Shown: piece by piece, positions 51,651 to 59,974 of the stretch
Layout: each line of letters opens with the position of its first letter
How positions within the stretch are numbered: position 1 is the first letter of the stretch
Assembly (NCBI GenBank): GCA_002747175.1
Contig: PDTK01000031.1
Location: 30,304-94,303, forward strand
Source: Deltaproteobacteria bacterium
GTDB taxonomy: Bacteria; Desulfobacterota; Desulfobacteria; Desulfobacterales; Desulfosarcinaceae
Direction: 5' to 3'
DNA length: 64,000 nucleotides
Made by a program: the position numbers and the translations under genes
The notes under the pieces: generated by a model
The model's input: only the letters and a program-made list of their open reading frames with translations
Told to the model about the DNA's origin: nothing
Database searches by the model: none

Positions 51651-53045
51651 ATGGCTGATCTCACCGGCTTTCGACTGGAATACCTGCCCGACAATCCCAA
51701 AGGCGTCTACCTGGTGGGCGGAACCGTGCGTGATCTGCTGGCCGGCTCATCCGCGGCGGATGTCGATCTGGCGGTCACCGGTGACATCCGCGATATCGCT
51801 CGAACCATCGCCCACAAAACCGGCGGTCGCATCGTCGACCTGGGCAAAAAGGGGTTTCCGGTTTTGCGTATCGCCGGCACCCCTATAGTGGTGGACATTA
51901 CCCCCCTGGACCATGGAGGCATCGCCTCCGATCTGCTCAAACGGGATTTCACGATCAACGCCATGGCCGTCGACCTGCATACACGGCAGTTGGTGGATAT
52001 CACCGGCGGTCTGGCCGACCTGCGCAGCGGCTGCATCCGCATGGTTTCTCCGGCCGTCTTCGAGGCCGACCCGGCCAGGCTGCTGCGTGCCTTTCGCATG
52101 GCCGCATCCCTGGAATTCAGCATCGACGCAAAAACATTGCAGGCGGTATCCCGCAACGCCCACCGCATCGGCTCGGTCGCCGGTGAACGCATCTGGGCCG
52201 ACCTGGTCAAATTCTTCGCCGTTGGCCATACAACCACGCTCATGGCCGCCATGGCCGACAGCGGATTGCTCACCGCCATTTTTCCCGAACTGGAGCCTAC
52301 CCGGGGGTGCATCCAAAACCAATACCACCAATGGGACGTCTTCGAGCACAGCCTGCGAACCTACGGACACCTGGAGACCCTGTTGCGGGAAGGCGCATCG
52401 GAAAGCAAGCATGAAGCGGATTCCGACCAGGCCGAAATGGGCGCATCTACACCCATTTTGAAGTACAGTGCCCTGCTTCACGACGTGGGCAAACCGATTG
52501 CCCGTCGAACCAATGCCGACGGCCGGCCCAACTTCCACGGCCACGCGATCAAAGGTGCCGAGATCACCGACGCAATCAGTCGGCGGCTGCGGCTGTCCGC
52601 CAGGCAGCGCCAAGACGCCACCGGCATCATCCACCATCACCTGTGGCCCCTGCTTCTGTTCCAGGCTTCACAAAAGGGCACCTTTGGCCGCCGGGCAGCC
52701 GTGCGGTTCTTCAACCAATGCGGCGGCCTGACCCGACCCATCATCATGCATTCCCGCGCCGACACCATGGCCAAAAAATCGACGATTGGAACCAAGGAAA
52801 AGGCCTTTATGGCATTTTGCGATGAACTGCTCTCCATCTATGCCGACTATCACTCCAGAAAGGCCGCCCGCCCACCGCTGATCAATGGCCACGACCTGAT
52901 CGGTGTTTTCGGCCTGTCCCCCTGTCCCCGGTTTGCCACTATTCTCGAACTGGTCAACGAACGCCAGCTTGCCGGCGAGCTTACCTCGCGGGCGCAGGCG
53001 TTGGCATGGGTGGAAGCGTATATCGCGAAGACGGAGGATGGTTGA
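51651..53045 (+). CDS. tRNA nucleotidyltransferase/poly(A) polymerase family protein with HD domain
   Basis: VGGTVRD, DVD, RDFTINAMA, DPARLLRA, LLHDVGK. Confidence 0.9.
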   Translation: MADLTGFRLEYLPDNPKGVYLVGGTVRDLLAGSSAADVDLAVTGDIRDIARTIAHKTGGRIVDLGKKGFPVLRIAGTPIVVDITPLDHGGIASDLLKRDFTINAMAVDLHTRQLVDITGGLADLRSGCIRMVSPAVFEADPARLLRAFRMAASLEFSIDAKTLQAVSRNAHRIGSVAGERIWADLVKFFAVGHTTTLMAAMADSGLLTAIFPELEPTRGCIQNQYHQWDVFEHSLRTYGHLETLLREGASESKHEADSDQAEMGASTPILKYSALLHDVGKPIARRTNADGRPNFHGHAIKGAEITDAISRRLRLSARQRQDATGIIHHHLWPLLLFQASQKGTFGRRAAVRFFNQCGGLTRPIIMHSRADTMAKKSTIGTKEKAFMAFCDELLSIYADYHSRKAARPPLINGHDLIGVFGLSPCPRFATILELVNERQLAGELTSRAQALAWVEAYIAKTEDG

Positions 53046-53161
53046 GGGGTAACGGATTTGTAGCGTTTGTTGGGTTGGTTCAAAGGTCATTGGTGTTTTG
53101 ATCGGTGAAAAGGATTCTGTTTCGTTCAACGCATTGTTCACGATTCACCAATCTCGGCTTC

Positions 53162-53190
53162 TTGACAAGCCAAACGCATTTGGGTACTAA
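53162..53190 (+). promoter_or_regulatory. Putative sigma70 promoter upstream of adk
   Basis: TTGACA-N17-TACTAA. Confidence 0.5.
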
Positions 53191-53413
53191 CCCACGGCAG
53201 ATGGAAGACGCGAAATTCGGCGTCAGCCCGCCTGACCCCAGTCAACGTCACAAGAGGCTGCCGATCGCAGCACAAAGGAATACGAGCGGCACCACCGTGG
53301 CCGGACGGCTTCCCATCCACCCGGGTGAATGTACACCCTCCGTCAACGCGGTGCCATAGGCATTTTCAACGATTCTGCGGCCTGAGGCCCGGGATACAGA
53401 AAGGAGAACCTGC

Positions 53414-54085
53414 ATGAACATCTTGTTTTTTGGCCCCAACGGCAGTGGTAAAGGAACCCAGGGAGCCATCCTGAAAAACAAATACAACACCCCCCACATC
53501 GAATCCGGGGCGATCTTCCGGGACAACATCGGCAAAGGCACCGAACTGGGCGCCCAGGCCAAAGCCTATATCGACAAAGGTGACCTGGTACCTGATGAGA
53601 TCACGATTCCGATGATTCTCGACCGCCTGAAACAGGACGACTGCAAGAACGGCTGGCTGCTGGACGGCTTTCCGCGCAACAAGAACCAGGCCATCAAACT
53701 GGACGAGGCCCTCAAAGAAGCCGGAATGGCACTGGACATCGTCGTCGAGATCCTCCTGGACCGCGAAATCGCCAAAAACCGCATCATGGGCCGCCGCCTG
53801 TGCGTGCATGACAACAACCATCCCAACAATATCTACATCGACGCCATCAAACCCGACGGAGACAAATGCCGGGTGTGCGGCGGCGATTTGAAAACCCGTG
53901 ATGACGACCAGGACGAAGCGGCCATCAACAAACGTCACGACATCTACTACGACACGGACACCGGCACGCTGGCATCGGCCTATTATTTTAAAGACCTAGC
54001 CGGATCGGGCCTGAAATACATCACCCTGGACGGTGCCCCCAGCGTTAAAGAGGTCACCGCCGAACTGATCTCCAAACTGGACTGA
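53414..54085 (+). CDS. adk: Adenylate kinase, sulfate-reducer type metal-binding LID
   Basis: GPNGSGKGTQ, LDGFPR, C-x5-H-x15-C-x2-C. Confidence 0.96.
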   Translation: MNILFFGPNGSGKGTQGAILKNKYNTPHIESGAIFRDNIGKGTELGAQAKAYIDKGDLVPDEITIPMILDRLKQDDCKNGWLLDGFPRNKNQAIKLDEALKEAGMALDIVVEILLDREIAKNRIMGRRLCVHDNNHPNNIYIDAIKPDGDKCRVCGGDLKTRDDDQDEAAINKRHDIYYDTDTGTLASAYYFKDLAGSGLKYITLDGAPSVKEVTAELISKLD

Positions 54086-54255
54086 TCATCGACGGATTCG
54101 CAAAACGGCGAAACCCGTAATGGTTTAATCCTTTTTGGTTGAAATCACTTTTTCGATCTGATAGCATTATTGAGTTTCAGTTAAAAAATAACCATCAAGG
54201 TCTTAATAGCCGTGCCGCATATCGAGGCGATGGGAAAAAAGGGGGTTGATGCAGT

Positions 54256-54462
54256 TTGAAAGCAATTGAAGTCAGAGTCTTCGACAACGATCTTGAAAAA
54301 GCCATGCGCATTCTGAAGAAAAAAATTCAGAACGACGGGCTGTTCAAGCGCTTGAAGCTCAAAAAGAGCTACGAAAAGCCTAGCGAATATCGTCGTCGCA
54401 AAGAACGTGAAGCCCTGCGCAGGCAGCGTATTGCTGCCGCACGAAGCCGAAGATACCGGTAG
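54256..54462 (+). CDS. rpsU: 30S ribosomal protein S21 (TTG start)
   Basis: LEKAMRILKKK, YEKPSE. Confidence 0.93.
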   Translation: MKAIEVRVFDNDLEKAMRILKKKIQNDGLFKRLKLKKSYEKPSEYRRRKEREALRRQRIAAARSRRYR

Positions 54463-54541
54463 CGACACACATTCCGTTTGATCACCTGACCCGGCCGGGA
54501 GTGGTTCCTTGCCGGGTCTCGTCGTTTCAGGAGTCGACGCA

Positions 54542-55837
54542 ATGCCCAGCCAAGCCTACACCGAATGCCTGGATGCCATGTACGGCATGCGGCGATTCGG
54601 TATTATCCTCGGCCTTGAGACCATTGGCACCATTCTCGAGGGCCTCGGCAATCCCCAGGACACCTTTTCGGCCATTCACATTGCCGGTACCAACGGCAAG
54701 GGATCGATTGCATCCACGCTGTCCACCATTTTGCAGCAGGCCGGCTACCGTGTGGGCCTGTACACCTCGCCGCATCTGATCCGCTTTAACGAACGTATCC
54801 GCATCAACGGTACGCCCATATTGGACGAAGACGTGGTGGCCTCCTGGGAAGCGGTCAAATCCGTCCACCCAGGCGATCGTGAGCCCACCTTTTTCGAATA
54901 CGCCACAGCCATGGCCTTCCACGAGTTCGGCCGCCAGGGCGTGGACTACGCCGTCATCGAAACCGGTATGGGGGGACGCATGGATGCCACCAACGTGGTC
55001 TCGCCCGTGGTGACCGTCATCACCAATATCTCATTGGAACACAAAAACTATCTGGGGGATACCATTGCCCAGATCGCCGGAGAAAAGGCCGGCATCATCA
55101 AGCCGAGTATTCCCGTTGTCTCCGGCGTCAACCAGAAAAATGCCAAGGCCGTCATCGAACAGACCGCCGCCGAACGGTCAGCCCCGGTTTACATGCGCGG
55201 CCGTGATTTCCGTGTGCGGAGACGCACCAATGGCCGATTTTCCTATTGGGGCATCGATCACAAATGGACCGGGATGCACACTGGCTTGATCGGCCACCAC
55301 CAGGTCGATAACGCGGCCCTGACCCTGGCCGCCTGCGAACTTCTCAAGCAAAATGGTATTGACCTCTCCCGGGAAAACATCCAGGCCGGCCTGATCCTGA
55401 ACCACTGGCCGGGACGCATCGATGTGGTCTCCGAGAATCCTTTCGTCGTCCTGGACGGTGCTCACAACATCATGGCCGCCCGCCGGCTGCGCAACTATCT
55501 GGAAGAAACATTGGCCGGCCGGCGCATTACCATGGTCGCCGGTATTTTAGACGACAAGCCCTTCGAGACCATCCTCAAGGACCTGCTACTGCCCTGCACG
55601 CGGCTGATCGTCACCCAGGCCAAGATCGACCGCTCGCTGCCCACGGAGACCATCGAGGCCGCGGCCCGGCCCCTGATCTCGAAAATCGAGATCGTTCCCG
55701 ATGTGGCCGAGGCCACACGTCACGCCATCGCCACGTCCGCACCCGAGGACGCGGTCTGTGTGGCCGGATCGCTGTATGTGGTGGGTGAGGCCAAGGCCAT
55801 GCTGGAGGATGCAGGCAGTGCTTTGTTTCAGTTATAA
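54542..55837 (+). CDS. folC: Folylpolyglutamate/dihydrofolate synthase
   Basis: HIAGTNGKGS, YTSPH, ETGMGGRMDATN, LDGAHN, GSLY. Confidence 0.96.
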   Translation: MPSQAYTECLDAMYGMRRFGIILGLETIGTILEGLGNPQDTFSAIHIAGTNGKGSIASTLSTILQQAGYRVGLYTSPHLIRFNERIRINGTPILDEDVVASWEAVKSVHPGDREPTFFEYATAMAFHEFGRQGVDYAVIETGMGGRMDATNVVSPVVTVITNISLEHKNYLGDTIAQIAGEKAGIIKPSIPVVSGVNQKNAKAVIEQTAAERSAPVYMRGRDFRVRRRTNGRFSYWGIDHKWTGMHTGLIGHHQVDNAALTLAACELLKQNGIDLSRENIQAGLILNHWPGRIDVVSENPFVVLDGAHNIMAARRLRNYLEETLAGRRITMVAGILDDKPFETILKDLLLPCTRLIVTQAKIDRSLPTETIEAAARPLISKIEIVPDVAEATRHAIATSAPEDAVCVAGSLYVVGEAKAMLEDAGSALFQL

Positions 55838-55986
55838 TTGATGCTCCCGTAAACCCCTTGACATTCGGAACGGCTGGGCAAATGCGTTCGGGAGCTCAGC
55901 GTTTACAGGCATGTATTACACCGGTCCCTAAAGATGGGTCTTGACTTGTCCGCCCCAATCCTCTAATTAGCCACAACAAATCATCA

Positions 55987-56062
55987 GCGCCCGTAGCTCA
56001 GTGGATAGAGCACTAGCCTCCGGAGCTAGGTGTCGCAGGTTCGATCCCTGCCGGGCGCGCCA
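55987..56062 (+). tRNA. tRNA-Arg(CCG)
   Basis: GCGCCCG/CGGGCGC acceptor stem, CTAGC-CTCCGGA-GCTAG anticodon arm, GGTTCGA T-loop, encoded CCA; TTGACT-N17-TAATTA upstream. Confidence 0.97.
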
Positions 56063-56070
56063 GAAATACC

Positions 56071-56101
56071 AAGGGCTCACAAAATTTGTGAGCCCTTTTT
56101 T
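56071..56101 (+). terminator. Terminator after tRNA-Arg
   Basis: AAGGGCTCACAAA-A-TTTGTGAGCCCTT followed by a T run. Confidence 0.85.
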
Positions 56102-56217
56102 GTTTCTATTCATGGGAATCTCAACAATTAAAACGGATGCGATATCCGCTTGATAAAAGTTAGCTGCTAATGAATAGACTCAAGTAATAAAAGAAAGGAG
56201 ATGAAACAACCCCTTTT

Positions 56218-56826
56218 TTATCTGATCATCCGGCGACGCAGACCGATGCCCCCTGCCAGACCGCTGCCCAGGAGCAGGAGGGCTGGGGGGATGGGGGTGG
56301 TGGTCACCGTCAGTCCTTCCTCCGTTTTTATCGCCCTCAACAGTGAATCATAGGATACTGGACCAGCCAGAGAATTAAACGCTGAGAATTTCTCCAGTTT
56401 AAGCGTCCCTTCATATTCAAAAGTAAAAAGTGTCCCGTTCACTAGATTGTTCTCGTTGTACAATCCATCTGAAGTTTGAATATTACCCAATCCGGGCACG
56501 TTGATAATAGTTACGCTGGTATCCAGGACATCACTATTAAAGGCATCCAGCAAAAACATCCCTTCGATAGGAGCAGGATTTGAGTTGCTAAGTTCCCACT
56601 GATATTGAGAGTCCCCTGTCCTGTCGTTTTGCGGAGCAGCATCCCCAAGCGCCAACGAGTCATTTATGTAATTAAAATCTGCTTCGACATCAAAAACGAA
56701 AAAAATCGATTCGATTTCTGTTGGATCGGACGGCAGGTCCAAGGTTATTGTGTACGTCGCAGAATAAGCTGTTGAACTGACAAAAAAAACAAGAGCCATG
56801 GACAAGATAAGACGTAATAGTTTCAT
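56218..56826 (-). CDS. Secreted protein with PEP-CTERM/VPLPA-like exosortase sorting signal
   Basis: Signal peptide ending AYSA; C-terminus TPIPPALLLLGSGLAGGIGLRRRMIR (Pro motif, TM segment, basic tail). Confidence 0.85.
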   Translation of the reverse strand: MKLLRLILSMALVFFVSSTAYSATYTITLDLPSDPTEIESIFFVFDVEADFNYINDSLALGDAAPQNDRTGDSQYQWELSNSNPAPIEGMFLLDAFNSDVLDTSVTIINVPGLGNIQTSDGLYNENNLVNGTLFTFEYEGTLKLEKFSAFNSLAGPVSYDSLLRAIKTEEGLTVTTTPIPPALLLLGSGLAGGIGLRRRMIR

Positions 56827-56872
56827 TCTCTCACTCCTTGCTTAGACAATAATTACTGATATAACCTTGATA

Positions 56873-57571
56873 CTATAGTTTTCCCCGCACACAAAACATA
56901 TCTGCGCTGGTCACATAACCATCCATATTACAATCTGACCAAATGGTGTATGCCCCTCCCAAGTCGCTTCTTATTTTAAACATATCTGCACTGGTCACAT
57001 AACCGTCTCCAGTTGCATCGCCATTCTTGCGTATCTCAATCGCGAAGCCAACACCGGCACCATCCTTTACCGCTCCATCCGTACCAACGAAATTTTTGTA
57101 GTCACCAGTGCCATCACCCCTGCCGTAAGAGATGGTCACACCGGAGAAATCGGTCACATTGGAATGGGAAAACTCGACGGTCCCTAGCAGGACGCGTGTA
57201 CCAGTCACACCGGCAACAGGGTCAGCAGTGTCCAACTTTCCCCCGATGATCACAACACCAGAACCGTCATCCTCTGGATCCATATACGGTTCGTTGGTGG
57301 TTCCATCGCCAAAATACCATACGGCTTCGTTTTTAGTTGCACCTGTGAGGGTCAATCCAGCAGGATAATCGACTTTGACGCCAAAACTAAGAATCGGCTC
57401 GGCATTAATGTCTGCATACAGGTAAATCACCAAATCCGTATCCGTATATGCCCCTTCAGCGTAAACATCCACATCAGCGCTATAAGCGGCCATGGGCACA
57501 AAAGCCATACCTATGGCTAACAACACCACAAAAGCCAATTTTGCCGTGAACCGGTTTATTTGGTAAACCAT
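56873..57571 (-). CDS. Secreted protein with cohesin-like beta domain and C-terminal dockerin-like duplicated EF-loop
   Basis: Signal peptide ending AYSA; GDATGDGYVTSADMF and SDCNMDGYVTSADMF repeats. Confidence 0.75.
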   Translation of the reverse strand: MVYQINRFTAKLAFVVLLAIGMAFVPMAAYSADVDVYAEGAYTDTDLVIYLYADINAEPILSFGVKVDYPAGLTLTGATKNEAVWYFGDGTTNEPYMDPEDDGSGVVIIGGKLDTADPVAGVTGTRVLLGTVEFSHSNVTDFSGVTISYGRGDGTGDYKNFVGTDGAVKDGAGVGFAIEIRKNGDATGDGYVTSADMFKIRSDLGGAYTIWSDCNMDGYVTSADMFCVRGKL

Positions 57572-57669
57572 AAGACCCTCCATATTCTTTGAAAGGTTAG
57601 TATTCAAACCCCTTGGGTACTGTGCCAGTGGTCCGGACGATACCCGCAGCCGGTTTCTGGGCGCGATTA

Positions 57670-57771
57670 TGACAGTCCCGTAAAAGTCAAAAATTGAAAA
57701 ATCGACCTTAATAATTTCAGCAAGTTACGCAGGCTAAAATCGCTAAAAAAGACCTTTTTACGAAACCATCA
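57670..57771. mobile_element. MITE family C, copy 1, 4-bp TSD ATTA
   Basis: Imperfect TIRs TGACAGTCCCGTAAAAG / CTTTTTACGAAACCATCA, flanked by ATTA on both sides. Confidence 0.75.
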
Positions 57772-57931
57772 ATTATAACTCAACTTTAAGGTTTTCCATC
57801 GGAATCAATGGACAAGCGTGGTTCCGCGTCGAGTATTAACATTAATTGTCTATCAATGAAAACTGGCGATGTCAATCAGTGAGGAGTATGATTTTAGTAT
57901 GATTCTTTAGATTAAACTTAGCACCAAAGTA

Positions 57932-59068
57932 TTATTTTTGGCATGAGTACGCGTGTAAACGCCGCTCCATACGCTGCAACAGCTGATTCATATCTTCCAT
58001 CCGTTGCTCCAAACCTGTGATTCGATGTTCATAGCCCCTGCTGATCCGCCGCTTTTCGATCAGAAGGCTCTCGACCTGTCTGATCAGGTTGTTGTTCTGT
58101 TCATTGAGGTCGTCTTCCATCTGCCGGATACGGCCTTTGACCTCCATGCGGATATTGTCGATGGTCTCCTCCAGAAGCCGTGAATTCACACCTTCGGCAG
58201 AGGCCACGTCTATTTCGCCGTCGGATTCCGGATTGGCTTGTGTTTTTTCCGGTTCGCTCTCGATCCCTACACCGATGCGGTCCTCATGAATCTGGTGGAT
58301 GATATCCTGGCTGATGGTCTCCGCTTCATCAGCAAAGCCATAAACCAACGCGGCCTGGCAAATCAAATTGATTGAACGGGGAATACCACCGGACAGGTCA
58401 TAAATTGCCTGAACGGCTGCGGGAGTGAACAGGCCTTCCGGTCCGCCGGCGGTTTTGATGCGATGGGCGATGTAAGCCGCGGTTTCGTTCTGGTCCAAGG
58501 CAGTCAGATGGAAGCTCACCGCCACGCGCTGGGCGAATTGCCACATGGACGGTTGTTTGAGGGTTTCCAACAGCTCGGGCTGGCCGATCAGCAGGATTTG
58601 CAGCAATGCATACTGGTCGGCCTGCAGGTTGGAAAGCATGCGCACCTCTTCGAGTGCCGCGGCAGAGAGGTTCTGCGCTTCGTCAATCACCAGAAGGGTA
58701 CGGGTACCGGTTTCGTACTGGGCGATGAAATGGTAGTTCAAGGATTCGATAATCGCCGCCTTATCCGCCTGGCCGGAATCGATATCGAATTCGCTCTGCA
58801 CCATTTTCAGCATATCACCGGACGATACATTGGTATTGGCGATCATGGCAATGTCGAAACCATTGCCTAATTGTTTCAGAACATACTGGGCGCAGGTGGT
58901 CTTTCCGGACCCCACCTCACCGGTCAGCACGACAATGCCCACATTCTCGGCCAGACCATACTCCAGATAGGCCAAGGCCTTCTGGTGCTTGGCACTCTTG
59001 TAAAGAAAACTGGGGTTGGGTGCCAACTGGAACGGCTTTTGCCGAAATTTATAGAAGTTTTCGTACAT
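57932..59068 (-). CDS. ExeA/PrsA-type AAA ATPase, exosortase/EPS-associated
   Basis: MYENFYKF..KPF..PNP, TGEVGSGKT, VIDEAQ, GQPEL, GIPRSIN; coiled-coil tail. Confidence 0.88.
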   Translation of the reverse strand: MYENFYKFRQKPFQLAPNPSFLYKSAKHQKALAYLEYGLAENVGIVVLTGEVGSGKTTCAQYVLKQLGNGFDIAMIANTNVSSGDMLKMVQSEFDIDSGQADKAAIIESLNYHFIAQYETGTRTLLVIDEAQNLSAAALEEVRMLSNLQADQYALLQILLIGQPELLETLKQPSMWQFAQRVAVSFHLTALDQNETAAYIAHRIKTAGGPEGLFTPAAVQAIYDLSGGIPRSINLICQAALVYGFADEAETISQDIIHQIHEDRIGVGIESEPEKTQANPESDGEIDVASAEGVNSRLLEETIDNIRMEVKGRIRQMEDDLNEQNNNLIRQVESLLIEKRRISRGYEHRITGLEQRMEDMNQLLQRMERRLHAYSCQK

Positions 59069-59126
59069 CTTGAGCTAAGCCATTAGCAGTTCGATTTTAG
59101 CAATTAACAAAGTGATTCCGGTTATG

Positions 59127-59948
59127 TTACCCATAATAAACCTTGGCCGCATCGAACCGCTGCCGGTTGATCACGAAGCCCAACAATTTGTCAGGCGGTA
59201 TCACATCGATAGCTTTCTTGACATCCTTCATCGATGTTTTTCCTTCGGACACCACCATAACAATGCAGTCCACCAGCGGCGCCAGGGCCAATGTATCCGC
59301 ACCGCTCAATACCGGCGGCGTGTCAAACAAAACGATGCGGTCATCATAACGGATTTTCAGCTCCTCCACCAGATCATTCATCTGTGGTGAAGCCAGGATT
59401 TCCGCTGAATTGATCGCCGGCTCGCCGCCCGAAATCAGGCTCATTTTTTCCACACCCGGCCAGATAATTATTTTCTCCAAGGGGGTACCGTTTACCAGAT
59501 AATCCTGCAACCCCATATGGCTGTCAATACCGAGTATCTTGTGGAGACTTTGGCGCTTGAGATCGCAATCCGCCAGCAACACCGTTTGATCGTATGCCCT
59601 GGCCATGGTCAGAGCCAAATTCACGGCGGTCAGGGTTTTGCCGTCGCCGGGTGACGGGCTGGTCACCATTACGGTCCGCCAGTTGTTCTCCAGCGCCCGG
59701 TGCTGAATTTTTGCACGCAGTACCTTATAGCTTTCCATCTCCGGTCCGCCGCTTTCGATACAGATGCAGCGATTCGCTTTCAGCACCTGCGTATCAATGG
59801 GCACCTGGGTGGACGTGCTGTATACCGGCGCCGCCCAACGGGCCTCCGATGGTCTCTCTTTGGTCACTGGTTGAGGTGCCGGACCAACCCGCACATCATC
59901 CTGTTTACGGTTTTGTTTGGCTTTATCCAATGCTTTTTGTAGTTTCAT
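59127..59948 (-). CDS. Polysaccharide biosynthesis tyrosine autokinase (CpsD/CapB, Wzc C-terminal part)
   Basis: VTSPSPGDGKT, DCDLK, FDTPP, terminal YY. Confidence 0.9.
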   Translation of the reverse strand: MKLQKALDKAKQNRKQDDVRVGPAPQPVTKERPSEARWAAPVYSTSTQVPIDTQVLKANRCICIESGGPEMESYKVLRAKIQHRALENNWRTVMVTSPSPGDGKTLTAVNLALTMARAYDQTVLLADCDLKRQSLHKILGIDSHMGLQDYLVNGTPLEKIIIWPGVEKMSLISGGEPAINSAEILASPQMNDLVEELKIRYDDRIVLFDTPPVLSGADTLALAPLVDCIVMVVSEGKTSMKDVKKAIDVIPPDKLLGFVINRQRFDAAKVYYG

Positions 59949-59974
59949 TTACCGGTTCCATTGGTTTTGTTTGT

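Noticed and set aside
53105-53150. Possible Rex site upstream of adk
   Set aside because: Only one good half-site (TTCACGA)
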